Source: a virus
Virus record (IMG/VR): IMGVR_UViG_3300033143_005193
Coordinates: 1-64,000 of that record
Reading direction: 5' to 3' (one strand)
DNA: 64,000 nt
In this document: piece by piece, positions 47,498 to 57,971 of the stretch
Layout: each line of letters starts with the position of its first letter
How positions within the stretch are numbered: position 1 is the stretch's first letter
Program-made: the position numbers and the translations under genes
The notes under the pieces: model-generated
What the model was told of the DNA's origin: nothing
What the model saw: the letters and a program-made list of their open reading frames with translations, nothing else
The model's database searches: none

Positions 47498-47848
47498 ATG
47501 ATTAATATGTTAAATAAGAAAAAAGATGAAAACAAAGGATTATGTCCATTTAATAATCTTAAACCATGTAATGAAAAGTGTGCTTTTTTTAGATCTGGAG
47601 TGAGATATACTGAAATAAATGGTGAACCATTTCCATTTAAAGAATGTGCTATAAATATCATAGCTGATAATTTGGAATCAATGCATAATAGAACTTATAT
47701 GATGCAAAAAGAAGTTGGTGAAACTAAAAATACAATAGCAATGAAAATTCTTTCGGATCTTGGTGTTGGATCTATTGAAGAAACAACAAGATTGGCTGTA
47801 AGGGTTTTGGGTCTTGATAAAAAAGAAGAAACAAAAAAATTAGAATAG
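47498..47848 (+). CDS. Hypothetical Cys-containing protein downstream of fibre
   Basis: CPF...C...CAFF...CAI. Confidence 0.6.
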   Translation: MINMLNKKKDENKGLCPFNNLKPCNEKCAFFRSGVRYTEINGEPFPFKECAINIIADNLESMHNRTYMMQKEVGETKNTIAMKILSDLGVGSIEETTRLAVRVLGLDKKEETKKLE

Positions 47849-47850
47849 TG

Positions 47851-47879
47851 TTTACATCCACTTAAAAATGTTTTATACT
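47851..47879 (+). promoter_or_regulatory. Sigma70-type promoter upstream of gp55
   Basis: TTTACA-17-TATACT. Confidence 0.65.
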
Positions 47880-47911
47880 TATAAAAAAATAAAAGGATGG
47901 TATGAAACATC

Positions 47912-48331
47912 ATGGGTGAAGATTATGTAAATAACGAAGAATTATTAGAAGAAATTAAAAAATTCAAGAAAACTAATAAGTATTCAGAAAGATTAGGTGA
48001 AATGATTCTTTTAATAGCTACCAATTATTCTAACCTCGGTAGTTTCAATGGCTATACCTGGAAAGATGATATGATAGGTGAAGCTGTTTTAACTTGTTTG
48101 AAATATCTTCATAATTTTAATCCTGATAAACAGATAAAACCAAATCCATTTGCTTATATAGGAACAATCGTTCATAGATCTTTTGTAAACTTTATAAAAA
48201 AACAAAAAAAACATAGATATATAAAGGATTATTGTTATAAAAATCTATCTTTATTGGATGGTAATGAATATTATTTTATGAAATCAATAAATTATGAATC
48301 AATGAAACCTGTTAGTGGGAGGAAAAAATGA
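47912..48331 (+). CDS. Late-transcription sigma factor, T4 gp55-like
   Basis: YVNNEEL...FNGYTWKDDMIGEA...NFNP...NPFAY. Confidence 0.92.
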   Translation: MGEDYVNNEELLEEIKKFKKTNKYSERLGEMILLIATNYSNLGSFNGYTWKDDMIGEAVLTCLKYLHNFNPDKQIKPNPFAYIGTIVHRSFVNFIKKQKKHRYIKDYCYKNLSLLDGNEYYFMKSINYESMKPVSGRKK

Positions 48332-48672
48332 CATTTTTTGTTTTAGGTATGTACACAATGGCAACGATTATTATGGTTATATCAGTTGTGTATAATTTTT
48401 ATCTTGTCAATAAAATTAAAAAAAAGAGTAATGAAGAATTGGAAAAAATAAAATCTCTTAGAAATGAGGAACTTAAAGATATTAATAATAATAAAATAGA
48501 AATAGATGAAATTATTGAAGAAATGAAAAATAGAATAGATAAAATACAAACAGAAAATACTTCTTTTAAAGAAACTTTTAAAAAAGATATTGATAATAGT
48601 ATAGTTATTGTAAATGAAAATATTAAAAATATAGAAAAAGAAATAAGCGAAATAAAATCAATGATTCAATAA
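48328..48672 (+). CDS. Membrane-anchored coiled-coil protein
   Basis: N-terminal TM. Confidence 0.6.
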   Translation: MTFFVLGMYTMATIIMVISVVYNFYLVNKIKKKSNEELEKIKSLRNEELKDINNNKIEIDEIIEEMKNRIDKIQTENTSFKETFKKDIDNSIVIVNENIKNIEKEISEIKSMIQ

Positions 48673-48689
48673 CATAGAAAGGATAATTT

Positions 48690-49685
48690 GTGAAATTTTT
48701 ACTTGTTTCAGATACACATTTAGGATTATATAATGATTCCGATATATGGTTAGATGTAACTACTAATCTTTTTAACGAAATAATAGATACTTGTGTAAAA
48801 GAAAATATAAATAAAATAATACATTTGGGTGATTTTTTTCATAATCACAAAGCCATAAACACAAAAACATTAGATGTTTCAAAGAAAATTGCTGAAAATT
48901 TAGAAGAAGAAAAAATAACAACGTACATGATAGTAGGTAATCATGATTGTTATTACAGAAATACAATAAAACCAAACACTCTAAGCGTATTTAAAAAACA
49001 CAAATATATCAAGATTATAGAAGAACCATATATTTTGGAAAATATTCTTCTCCTTCCTTGGGGTTTCTATCCAGAACAAGAATCAAAATACTGTATGGGA
49101 CATTTTGAAATATCTGGATTTCTTATGAATGATAATTTTACCTGTAAAACAGGTTTAAGTTATAAATCATTTGAGAAATTCGATAGGGTATTTTCTGGTC
49201 ATTTCCATAAATCATCAACAAATTATAATATAACATATCTTGGTAATCCATTTCAACAAGATTTTCATGATTCCGAACATATTAAAGGATATTATATATT
49301 TGACAACGAAAGCGGTGAATTAAGATTTATAGAATTTACAGATTATCCAAAATTTGTTACTATAAGAATAGAGAATTATAAAGATACTGATGTTACTGGA
49401 AATATTATAAAAATTCTTTTCGAAAAAGATTATGGTACAAATAAAAATAATAAACTTATTGATGAATTATATAAATTAAATCCTTTAAAGATAAAAAGCA
49501 CTAGAATATTGAATAGTGAAGATGAAGAATCTCTTGAAAGAGAAGAAAATGAAGAAGAAATTGTTCTTGATAATAAAAAATTGATGTTAGAATATATTGA
49601 AAAATATGAGAAAATACCGAAAAATATTAAAAAAGTTGTATTGAAAAATATGTTTAATACAATAGTTAATAATTTAGAGGAATAA
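48690..49685 (+). CDS. Recombination nuclease gp47 (Mre11/SbcD-like)
   Basis: SDTHLG, LGDFF, GNHD, GHFE, SGHFH. Confidence 0.93.
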   Translation: MKFLLVSDTHLGLYNDSDIWLDVTTNLFNEIIDTCVKENINKIIHLGDFFHNHKAINTKTLDVSKKIAENLEEEKITTYMIVGNHDCYYRNTIKPNTLSVFKKHKYIKIIEEPYILENILLLPWGFYPEQESKYCMGHFEISGFLMNDNFTCKTGLSYKSFEKFDRVFSGHFHKSSTNYNITYLGNPFQQDFHDSEHIKGYYIFDNESGELRFIEFTDYPKFVTIRIENYKDTDVTGNIIKILFEKDYGTNKNNKLIDELYKLNPLKIKSTRILNSEDEESLEREENEEEIVLDNKKLMLEYIEKYEKIPKNIKKVVLKNMFNTIVNNLEE

Positions 49686-49832
49686 ATATGTCATCTTATA
49701 GTTTTATTAGTTATAGAGAACTGCCAAGAAAACCCCGTTCGCTTGCGGCGGGGATGAATTGGCATAATATTTTTAAAAAATAACTTGATAAACACTGAAT
49801 ATAATAGTATATTATACATGTAAATAGGTGGT

Positions 49833-49985
49833 GTGGATAATGAATATAGCTCAAAGGAACGGAAAAGAGAGTTAGAGAGACTTACCAGAGTCTTCTCTAT
49901 TGAGGAAGAGAATATATTAACTTATTTTGATTTAATTAGACTGGCAATTAAAGAAAAATATGGTTTGGAAGAAATAGGAAAATGA
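49833..49985 (+). CDS. 50-aa passenger gene, ribbon-helix-helix-like
   Basis: GTG start after AGGTGG; ...TYFDLIRLAIKEKYGL; ATGA overlap with tnpA. Confidence 0.5.
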   Translation: MDNEYSSKERKRELERLTRVFSIEEENILTYFDLIRLAIKEKYGLEEIGK

Positions 49986-50385
49986 GAGAATATAAGTCAA
50001 CATCACATTGTAAATATTTATGTCAGTACCACATCATTTTCTGCCCAAAATTTCGATATTCTGTTTAAAGGGAGATATTGAAATCAGTTTAAAAGAAATA
50101 TTGGTAGATGTGGCAAATAGATACGAATATGAAATAATCCAAATGGAAGTGATACCAGACCATATTCATATATTTGTTGGCGCTAAACCAACTGTTGCTC
50201 CGATAGATATAGTAAGGATTTTTAAAAGTATTACAGCTATTGAATTGTTTAAGAAATATCCAAAGTTGAAATCTTTTTATTGGAGATGTGGTTCTCTTTG
50301 GTCAGTGGGAAAATTCATATCAACTATTGGTAATGTTTCTGCAGAAACAATCAAAAAATATATTGCAGAGCAAAAAGGGAAGTAA
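49982..50385 (+). pseudogene. tnpA: Y1 HUH transposase, frameshifted
   Basis: MREYKSTSHCKYLCQYHIIFCPKFRYSV* then continues in -1 frame (LKGDIE...PDHIHIF...KKYIAEQ); one base missing near 50065. Confidence 0.85.
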
Positions 50386-50388
50386 AAT

Positions 50389-51462
50389 ATGTTGGTGCGA
50401 AGAGGCTATAAATATAGAATAATACCAACTAAAGAACAAGAGAAATCCTTGCTTCAACATGGCGGTAATACCAGATTCTTATGGAATTATGCTCTTAAAA
50501 CAAACCAAGATTATTATAAAGAAACTGGTAAATTTAAGTTTTATTATGAATTAGCTGCTTCATTACCAAAGCTTAAGGAAGAGTATCCCTTCCTTAAGAA
50601 ATCATTCTCACAGTCTTTACAAATGGTTTTAAGACAATTTGATAAGGCATTGAAAGATTTTTTTAAAAAAGAGAAAGGATTCCCAACTTTTAAAAAGAAA
50701 ATGTTGTTAAATGATAGCTTTACTTGCCCTCAAAAATGGCGATTGGGAAAAGGCTTTATTTTTATACCTAAGATAGGAGAAGTAAAATGGATAAAGCATA
50801 GGGCTATGAAAGGCAATCCTAAATCAATAACCATCTCACAGGATGGCAATAAATGGTATTGTTCTGTTTTATGTGAATATGAAATAATTGAAAAAGAAAA
50901 AGGTTTTACTGATATTGTAGGTTGCGATGTTGGGTTAAAAGAATTTGCCACACTATCTAATGGAACTATTATAAGCAATCCCAAACATATAAAAAAATAT
51001 GAAAAGAAGTTGGTAAAAGAACAAAGAAAACTAAGCAAGAAGAAAAAAGGAAGTAAAAACAGATTTAAACAAAGGCTTAAAGTTAGGAAGATTCAAAACA
51101 AAATAAGAAATGTTCGTAGAGATTTTCTACATAAAACATCTAATTCGATAGCCAAGAATTACGATGGAATATGTTTAGAAGATTTGAATATTAAAGGAAT
51201 GATGAAAAACCACTATCTCGCTAAGTCAATCAGTGATGTTTCGTGGTCGGAATTTAATAGACAACTTGAATACAAATGTAAGTGGAATTTTAAACATTAT
51301 ATTAAAATTGGAAGATTTGAACCAACAAGTAAAAAATGTTCAAATTGCGGATGTATTCAAGAAATGCCTTTGAGTAAAAGAATATTTAATTGTCCTGATT
51401 GTGGAGTGTCAATTGACAGGGATTTAAATGCATCTATAAATATCAAAAATATAGGATTTTAG
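50389..51462 (+). CDS. tnpB: RNA-guided nuclease TnpB
   Basis: GCDVG (RuvC I), CLEDL (RuvC II), TSKKCSNCG..CPDCG, DRDLNAS (RuvC III) all intact. Confidence 0.95.
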   Translation: MLVRRGYKYRIIPTKEQEKSLLQHGGNTRFLWNYALKTNQDYYKETGKFKFYYELAASLPKLKEEYPFLKKSFSQSLQMVLRQFDKALKDFFKKEKGFPTFKKKMLLNDSFTCPQKWRLGKGFIFIPKIGEVKWIKHRAMKGNPKSITISQDGNKWYCSVLCEYEIIEKEKGFTDIVGCDVGLKEFATLSNGTIISNPKHIKKYEKKLVKEQRKLSKKKKGSKNRFKQRLKVRKIQNKIRNVRRDFLHKTSNSIAKNYDGICLEDLNIKGMMKNHYLAKSISDVSWSEFNRQLEYKCKWNFKHYIKIGRFEPTSKKCSNCGCIQEMPLSKRIFNCPDCGVSIDRDLNASINIKNIGF

Positions 51463-51593
51463 TAAACTAAGCAGAAGCCACGGGGCTTGCCCTGTGGAGT
51501 GTCACGGAATGATTTTCTATGCAATAAATATTTTTCAACAAAACAAGAAGAAAAAAATAAATCATTGATTATTGAGGAAATTGATTTAACTAT

Positions 51594-51809
51594 ATGAAAA
51601 AAATAATAATTCTTATAATATCATTGTTTTTGTTTACTGGTTGTGCTTCTACTTATGATAGAACTGAATCAATAATGATTGGTACTGGTGTTGGTATGAT
51701 ATCAGGAGTATTATTATTGAGCGGACCCGGTTCTATTGTTTTAAGTGGTGCTGCTGGTGGTTTAACTGGTTACACATATTACAAAATAAACGATAAGGAA
51801 AGGAAATAA
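51594..51809 (+). CDS. Small lipoprotein with glycine zipper
   Basis: Signal peptide and FTGC lipobox; GxxxG repeats. Confidence 0.75.
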   Translation: MKKIIILIISLFLFTGCASTYDRTESIMIGTGVGMISGVLLLSGPGSIVLSGAAGGLTGYTYYKINDKERK

Positions 51810-51812
51810 AAT

Positions 51813-52265
51813 ATGGGAAAATTTGAAGATGTTACTGATGATGTTTATGAAATGTTGAGATCTATTATTAAAGATCATTTTCCTGAATTGGTAAACGCGG
51901 GGTTCAAGATTCTTTTTAGTACAAAGAAAAAAACATCTGGTGGTAAAATTTGTTTTGCTTGGATTCAGAAAACAAACGAATTAATTAGACACTTAACAAC
52001 CGAAGAATCCGGTAGCGAAGATGGTTATGATTATATTATATATATTGATAAACTTATATGGGATAATATAGAAGAGGCGGATAAAATTAGACTTTTGAGA
52101 CATGAATTAAGACATACTCATGTTGATTTAGAATCAAATAATCCTTATAAGATAAGAGGACATAGCATAGAAGATTTTTATTCTGAAATAGAATTAAATA
52201 AAGATGATCCGAGATGGGCTCAACGTGTTTCTGTTATAGCAGAAAGTCTTTATACTAGGGAATAA
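51813..52265 (+). CDS. Putative phage metallopeptidase
   Basis: LLRHELRH...HSIEDF. Confidence 0.75.
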   Translation: MGKFEDVTDDVYEMLRSIIKDHFPELVNAGFKILFSTKKKTSGGKICFAWIQKTNELIRHLTTEESGSEDGYDYIIYIDKLIWDNIEEADKIRLLRHELRHTHVDLESNNPYKIRGHSIEDFYSEIELNKDDPRWAQRVSVIAESLYTRE

Positions 52266-52267
52266 TA

Positions 52268-54448
52268 ATGAAAATAGAATTAAATTCCATTAAATTTAGA
52301 AATTTTTTATCATATGGTTCTAGATGGAATGAAGTTGATATTCTACCTGGAATGAATATTGTTTTAGGTAAAGATAAAGATACTGATATGAGCAATGGGG
52401 TTGGTAAGAGTGTGTTTTTAGAAACAATTCCATTTGCTTTATATGGTAAAGTAATAAGAGATATTAATAAAGCTGATATAGTAAATTGGAAAAATAGAAG
52501 AAATTGTGAAGTTGTATTAAATTTCACTAAAGGTAATAACAAATATACAATATTAAGAGCTATTAAGCCTGATAAATTTGAAATATATAAGAATGATGTA
52601 TTATTACCGAAAATGAATGCTAATGATTATCAAGATTTTTTAACTAATGAAATCATTGGTTATAATCTTGAGACATTTAAATCACTTATGCATACAAATA
52701 TAAAGAATAATACATCCATTCTTAAAATGAAAAAGCCTGAAAAAAGAAAAATGCTTGAATATATATTTGGGCTTGATTTGTTTACATTAGTTAATAAAGA
52801 AATAAACGATAAGATTAACTATACAGAAAATAAGATATATGATTATAACAATAAAATAGCTTTTAATGATACAAATATTTCAAATAGTTCATCTTTGATA
52901 GAAGATTATAAAAGAAGAATTAGAAACGTTGGTAATTCAAAAGATGAATTAGATGATTTAAAAGAAAAAATCAATAAGCTTCAAAAAAATCTCCAAGAAA
53001 CAGAATATGATAAGAAAGATGTTCAATTTATTCTTGATAATTTAAATCTTGAATATAATAACAATGACATAAAAATTAAAAATATAAATAATAAAATAAA
53101 AATAGCAAAGACTAAGAAATCTTCATCTCTTTCTTTTATAGAAAAATCCAAGAAAATGATAGAGAATGAAAGAAAGAGAAAAAAAGAAATAGAAGAAATA
53201 CAAAGTAAATATGGTGATCGTGAAAACATTGAGTCTAAAATAAAAGATATCAAAAAAATAATAGAAGAGTTAGAAAAAAATAAAGAGTCACTAAAGGATA
53301 AGATAGATAAACAATCAAAAGAAGAAAATCTTCTTTCATATAAAATAAAAGAAATAGAAAAATTATTGAATAAATTGGGTGATAATAATAATTGTCCTCT
53401 TTGTGGTGCTGATCTAAAAAATAATAATCTATTAAACAAAAAGAAAGAAGAGTATAAAGTAATTATAAAGAATAAAGAAGAAATAAATGAAATATTAAAA
53501 AAACTTAAAGAAGACTTCAATACTAATAAAAAAGAAATAAAGAAAAATGAAGAAAATTTAAGAATTCATTCAAATATATTAACTAATTTATCATATCTCG
53601 AAAAGAATGAAATGAAAAATGATGAAAATATACCATCTATTGACAAAATTAAAAGATATGATAAAGCTATTAGAATTTTAGAGAATCTTATAAATGAAAT
53701 AGAAGAAAAGAATAAGAAAATATTGACAGACATAAATCTTAAAAATGAAATTCTTAATGATATCAATAAAATAGAAAAAGGTATTGAAATTTTAGAAAGA
53801 AAAATACAAGAAGTAAACATTAAAATAGAAAACGAAGAAAATCGTAAAAAAGAACTAAATGATATGATAAAAAATGAAGAAAAGAAGATTATATCATATC
53901 GTTCAGAAAATAAAGAATATCAGAAAAAATTAAAAAAATTAATTGAAATATTAGATCATTTTAAATTCTTAAAAGAATTATGTAAAGATGAAAATATCAA
54001 ACAATATGCTATATCATCTTTTATTCCGGGAATAAATAAAAGAACAAATGAATATCTTAATACAATAGGTCATAGTTTTTATACTACAATGAATAATTGG
54101 ATGGATATAACAATAAAAGGGCCTGGTAAACCAAATATTCCATATGATTCATTGTCAGGTGGTGAAAGTTGCTCGATTGATATGGCATTAAAACTTGCTA
54201 TGCTTGATTTTACCAGAATGGTATCAGAATCATATCCAGATCTTATTGTATTTGATGAATTGTTGGATACTTCTGTTGACAGTATAGGAATTACAAATAT
54301 GTTAAAAATTGTTGAACAGAAACAAAAAAGAGAAAATGGTAAGTTTTTTATTATAAGCCATAGAACAGAAATAGGTGAATTATTGGAACCTGATAATGTT
54401 TATTTTGTTGAGAAGTCCAATGGCTTTTCAACTATTACGATTCGATGA
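52268..54448 (+). CDS. Recombination ATPase gp46 (Rad50/SbcC-like)
   Basis: FRNFLSYG, NGVGKS, CPLCG hook, LSGGE, VFDELLD. Confidence 0.93.
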   Translation: MKIELNSIKFRNFLSYGSRWNEVDILPGMNIVLGKDKDTDMSNGVGKSVFLETIPFALYGKVIRDINKADIVNWKNRRNCEVVLNFTKGNNKYTILRAIKPDKFEIYKNDVLLPKMNANDYQDFLTNEIIGYNLETFKSLMHTNIKNNTSILKMKKPEKRKMLEYIFGLDLFTLVNKEINDKINYTENKIYDYNNKIAFNDTNISNSSSLIEDYKRRIRNVGNSKDELDDLKEKINKLQKNLQETEYDKKDVQFILDNLNLEYNNNDIKIKNINNKIKIAKTKKSSSLSFIEKSKKMIENERKRKKEIEEIQSKYGDRENIESKIKDIKKIIEELEKNKESLKDKIDKQSKEENLLSYKIKEIEKLLNKLGDNNNCPLCGADLKNNNLLNKKKEEYKVIIKNKEEINEILKKLKEDFNTNKKEIKKNEENLRIHSNILTNLSYLEKNEMKNDENIPSIDKIKRYDKAIRILENLINEIEEKNKKILTDINLKNEILNDINKIEKGIEILERKIQEVNIKIENEENRKKELNDMIKNEEKKIISYRSENKEYQKKLKKLIEILDHFKFLKELCKDENIKQYAISSFIPGINKRTNEYLNTIGHSFYTTMNNWMDITIKGPGKPNIPYDSLSGGESCSIDMALKLAMLDFTRMVSESYPDLIVFDELLDTSVDSIGITNMLKIVEQKQKRENGKFFIISHRTEIGELLEPDNVYFVEKSNGFSTITIR

Positions 54449-54519
54449 ATTGTATGAATCCGTACAATGAGTTTTTTGATAATATATTATTACTAATATA
54501 AAAAGGGGAATAAAATTAA

Positions 54520-55671
54520 ATGACTGATAATGTTTTTAACGCTTTAAAAGATAAAATAAACAAGAATATAAAAGGAGCCCATGTATCAATCTTAGAGGAT
54601 TCTGATATTGCTTCGAGAAGAACATGGATAAAAACACCTGCTTATGATTTGAATAGAGTTTTGTCAGGTGATCTTTTTAAAGGAATTCAAAGTAGAAATC
54701 TTGTTGCTATTGTTGGTCCTGAACACACAATGAAATCTTCTTTCATGGTTTTATGTATGGCTGAAGCTCAAAAAAATGGTTTAAAACCAATAATTATAGA
54801 TACAGAAGGTGGAATAACAAGTGATTTTTGCAAAAGATGGGGATTGGATACAAAAAATATTCTATATATTTATACACCTTGGATACATGAAGTAAAATCT
54901 ATTTTAGCTCAAATAAGAGAATCGGGTGAAGAAAATTATATCATAGGACTTGATTCCGTTGGTGGTTTAGATAAAATTAAATCATATGAAGATGCTCTTT
55001 CTGGTGATCCAAAAGCAGATCAAGGCGCTCTTCAAAAAGAAATAAGAAGTACTTTAAAACTATTTCTCAATATATGTATCGCTCAAAATTCTATGGGGAT
55101 ATGTACTGGTCACTTATATGGATCACCCGGTGGTTTTTTTCCTATGCCTGATCAAATTGGTGGTGGAAAAGCTATGAAGCTCTTTCCTTCTGTAATAATA
55201 AGTCTAAAAAAGTCAAATATTGTTTCTGAAAAAAAGGTAATAGGTAGTGAAATCAAAGCAACTACATTAAAAAATAGATTATATCCACCATTTCAAGAAG
55301 CTACGGTAAAATTAAATTATATAGAGGGAATTGATCCTTTTGCTGGGTTGATTGATTTGGCCTTAAAAGCTGGTATTATAGAAAAAAGTGGTTCTTGGTA
55401 TTCTATGGGTAATGTAAAGCTTGGTCAGGGTGTTGATAATGCAATGAAAACATTAACTAATAGTGATGTTGGTGATAAATTTCTTATAAAATTGAATTCT
55501 TGGTTATCCAAAACAGGATATTCTTCAATTAATAAAGAACTAAAAGAAGCAGCTGAAGATTTAATGAAAGACATTTCTGAAGAATCTAAAGACGTTTCTG
55601 GTGAATCTAAAGATGTTTCTGAAGAAAAAAATATAAAAAAATCTAAAATAAAAATAAATAAAGATAAATAG
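54520..55671 (+). CDS. uvsX: RecA-like recombinase UvsX
   Basis: GPEHTMKS P-loop, IIDTEG, LDSVG, GGGKA, KNR. Confidence 0.88.
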   Translation: MTDNVFNALKDKINKNIKGAHVSILEDSDIASRRTWIKTPAYDLNRVLSGDLFKGIQSRNLVAIVGPEHTMKSSFMVLCMAEAQKNGLKPIIIDTEGGITSDFCKRWGLDTKNILYIYTPWIHEVKSILAQIRESGEENYIIGLDSVGGLDKIKSYEDALSGDPKADQGALQKEIRSTLKLFLNICIAQNSMGICTGHLYGSPGGFFPMPDQIGGGKAMKLFPSVIISLKKSNIVSEKKVIGSEIKATTLKNRLYPPFQEATVKLNYIEGIDPFAGLIDLALKAGIIEKSGSWYSMGNVKLGQGVDNAMKTLTNSDVGDKFLIKLNSWLSKTGYSSINKELKEAAEDLMKDISEESKDVSGESKDVSEEKNIKKSKIKINKDK

Positions 55672-55699
55672 AAACGAGTGTTAAAATGGAAGTAATATA

Positions 55700-55903
55700 A
55701 TGAAAAAAGAAACATATTTAAAATTAAAAAAAATAAGCTTAGACGAAATCAATAGTTTCGTTAATATTTTAAATATAGGTGATAAATTTTCATTAAAAAA
55801 GACGGATAATTTAAAAAAAGGTAATTATATAACTTATTTAGAAGTTATAAATATAAAAAAGAATTCTGTAGAATACATTATAAAAACAGAAAAATTAGAA
55901 TAA
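55700..55903 (+). CDS. Hypothetical protein
   Basis: ORF track. Confidence 0.5.
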   Translation: MKKETYLKLKKISLDEINSFVNILNIGDKFSLKKTDNLKKGNYITYLEVINIKKNSVEYIIKTEKLE

Positions 55904-55908
55904 GGAGA

Positions 55909-56292
55909 ATGAAAAATATGGCTATTGAGGTATTTAAAATTAAGTACACAAGACCTTTGTTAGACAAGAATATTAATTGGACTGCTCATATTGCAGCGTA
56001 TTCTTTTCAAGAAGCACAAAATTATCTTTTGAAAACAGTTGGAACTAAAGTGTATATCAATGAATATACATCTGTTTGTAGATTAGATGCTATTTCTGAT
56101 GAGGTAAGGAGTAAAATTGTTGGGAAGTCTGTTCAAAACGAACCAAAAAGTCAGGATAAAAGTGTTAGTAAAACCGAAGAAACTAATAATGAAGAAAAAA
56201 GAGTTGGTAGGCCATCTGGTCCATCTAGTGTTAAAAAAGATACTAAAAGGATTTCAATAGGTAGTAATAAAACCGAAAAGAAAGAAGACTAA
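55909..56292 (+). CDS. Hypothetical protein with basic disordered tail
   Basis: AGGAG RBS; KRVGRP AT-hook-like motif. Confidence 0.6.
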   Translation: MKNMAIEVFKIKYTRPLLDKNINWTAHIAAYSFQEAQNYLLKTVGTKVYINEYTSVCRLDAISDEVRSKIVGKSVQNEPKSQDKSVSKTEETNNEEKRVGRPSGPSSVKKDTKRISIGSNKTEKKED

Positions 56293-56298
56293 TAATAT

Positions 56299-56790
56299 GT
56301 GAATATTAGAAAGGAATTTGTAATGAGTGAAATAAGATTTTTTAAAGGTGATAATAATTGGTTATCTAATTTTTATCCATGTGAATTTGTCGATAAGTTT
56401 GGTAATAAATGGAAATCAGTAGAACATTATTATCAGGCAAATAAATGCGCAGATAAAAAAGATTTTGAAATGATTATGAATGCTAAAACAGCTAAAGAAG
56501 CAAAACGTTTAGGTAAAAAGGTTAAATTAAACGAAGATTGGAATTCAATAAAGTTGACAATTATGTTCGAATGTGTTAATATGAAATTTAATCAAAATCT
56601 TTTTTTGAAAAAAATGTTACTATCTACTAATTGTGTAAAATTAATCGAAGGTAATTATTGGCATGATAATTACTGGGGAAATTGTTATTGTTCCAAATGC
56701 TATGAAATTGATGGTAAAAATTATCTCGGAAAAATCTTAATGATGGTAAGAAAAAATATAGGAAAACAATATAATGATAGGTGCTTTTAA
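56299..56790 (+). CDS. NADAR (YbiA-like) family protein
   Basis: LSNFYP...SVEHYYQA.K...AKRLGK...KFNQN...LIEGNYWHDNYWG...GKNYLGKILM; probable start MSEIRFF. Confidence 0.92.
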   Translation: MNIRKEFVMSEIRFFKGDNNWLSNFYPCEFVDKFGNKWKSVEHYYQANKCADKKDFEMIMNAKTAKEAKRLGKKVKLNEDWNSIKLTIMFECVNMKFNQNLFLKKMLLSTNCVKLIEGNYWHDNYWGNCYCSKCYEIDGKNYLGKILMMVRKNIGKQYNDRCF

Positions 56791-57610
56791 TATAGAAAAC
56801 AAAATGTTTTCAAAATTATCAGAACAAATATCATTGATTGATATAACTGATAATATTAACAAAAAGGTTGATGGTATAATATTAAAATGGATACCATTAT
56901 CTCAAAATGAATTATCTATAAAACAAATTCAGTTAATAGAAAAATATGTTAAAAAAATGCCAATTATAGTTATAGATAAATCAATGACAATTAATAGTAA
57001 AGAATATAATTGGCTCAAAAAATTTAAAGTTAAATTATATGAACCAGCTGTAAAAAATAGAGAATGTTTTAATTTTTTACCTGACTTTATTGATTTTTCT
57101 GAAATATCATTTAATAATGAAAGTAAAAAATATGATATAGCATATGAAAATGATGTTATATTGGATAATTTTGAGAAATACTATTGCTTGTTAAGTGATA
57201 AATATTCAATAAAAATTCCATGTAAAATATATAATATATCAAAGGAAAAAAAAGAAGTTTATAAAAAACTAAATATAGATTTTGAGATACCTTTTGATTG
57301 GAAAGATGTATCAACAACTGTAGTTATTGGTACAAAAAAAGATTATAAAATAGGTAACCTAAACGTTAATTTATTTAGTAAAATTAAATATGGTTGTTTA
57401 CCTTTAATACCAGAAGAACATAGATTTTTTGGTTCTTTGATGGAAACTTTAATAAAAAACCACCGTGATGTTTATTATTATTTAGGATATGATAAAAAAA
57501 TAAGATCAATATTATTGAATGATGTTTTAAAAAGATTAAAACATCATTATCCAGAATTTACAATAGAATATCAAATAGATGAATTAACAAATTTTTTTAA
57601 AAAATCTTAA
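56774..57610 (+). CDS. Hypothetical protein, possibly glycosyltransferase-related
   Basis: Context; weak YGCLPLI motif. Confidence 0.4.
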   Translation: MIGAFNIENKMFSKLSEQISLIDITDNINKKVDGIILKWIPLSQNELSIKQIQLIEKYVKKMPIIVIDKSMTINSKEYNWLKKFKVKLYEPAVKNRECFNFLPDFIDFSEISFNNESKKYDIAYENDVILDNFEKYYCLLSDKYSIKIPCKIYNISKEKKEVYKKLNIDFEIPFDWKDVSTTVVIGTKKDYKIGNLNVNLFSKIKYGCLPLIPEEHRFFGSLMETLIKNHRDVYYYLGYDKKIRSILLNDVLKRLKHHYPEFTIEYQIDELTNFFKKS

Positions 57611-57614
57611 AATA

Positions 57615-57947
57615 TTGTGGAAAGGAATAAAAAAAATGGGAAAATGTGATATAACAATTAATAAGGGACTTACAATTAACGATGGTAATTATGAATCATT
57701 AAGACCAGATGTAAGTGTAACATTTAAAGATGTTGATGTTGAAACATTGAATTCATTCTATGAAAAAGCAGATGATTTGGTTGGTGATTTGTTGGTATTG
57801 AATACCGCTTCCTTGAAAAATATTAAAAATGTTATAAAATATGAAAATCTTGAAAATGTTGTGAATGATATTTTAAAAAATGTTATAAAACATGAAAATC
57901 TTGAAAATGTTGTTGATGATGTTTTAAAAAATTTTGAAAAGTTATAA
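57615..57947 (+). CDS. Hypothetical protein with a 17-aa C-terminal duplication
   Basis: KNVIK(Y/H)ENLENVV(N/D)D(I/V)L twice. Confidence 0.6.
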   Translation: MWKGIKKMGKCDITINKGLTINDGNYESLRPDVSVTFKDVDVETLNSFYEKADDLVGDLLVLNTASLKNIKNVIKYENLENVVNDILKNVIKHENLENVVDDVLKNFEKL

Positions 57948-57971
57948 AATTAATATTGTAAAAAATATAGT

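Larger units (their letters stand above)
49715..51505 (+). mobile_element. IS200/IS605-family element inserted 3' of TTAT
   Basis: Left hairpin CCCCG..CGGGG preceded by guide AAAA (predicts TTAT, present at 49711-49714); right hairpin CCACGGG..CCCTGTGG preceded by GAAG and ending TCAC; tnpA plus tnpB. Confidence 0.9.

Noticed and set aside
46422-47661. Long antisense and alternate-frame ORFs over the fibre gene
   Set aside because: By-products of Gly/His/Thr codon repeats; the same applies to antisense ORFs over the RCC1, ART-like and gp46 genes
50060-50070. Programmed -1 frameshift in tnpA
   Set aside because: TTTAAAG is not in the required X-XXY-YYZ phase of the upstream frame, which reads GTT TAA; a simple deletion is more likely
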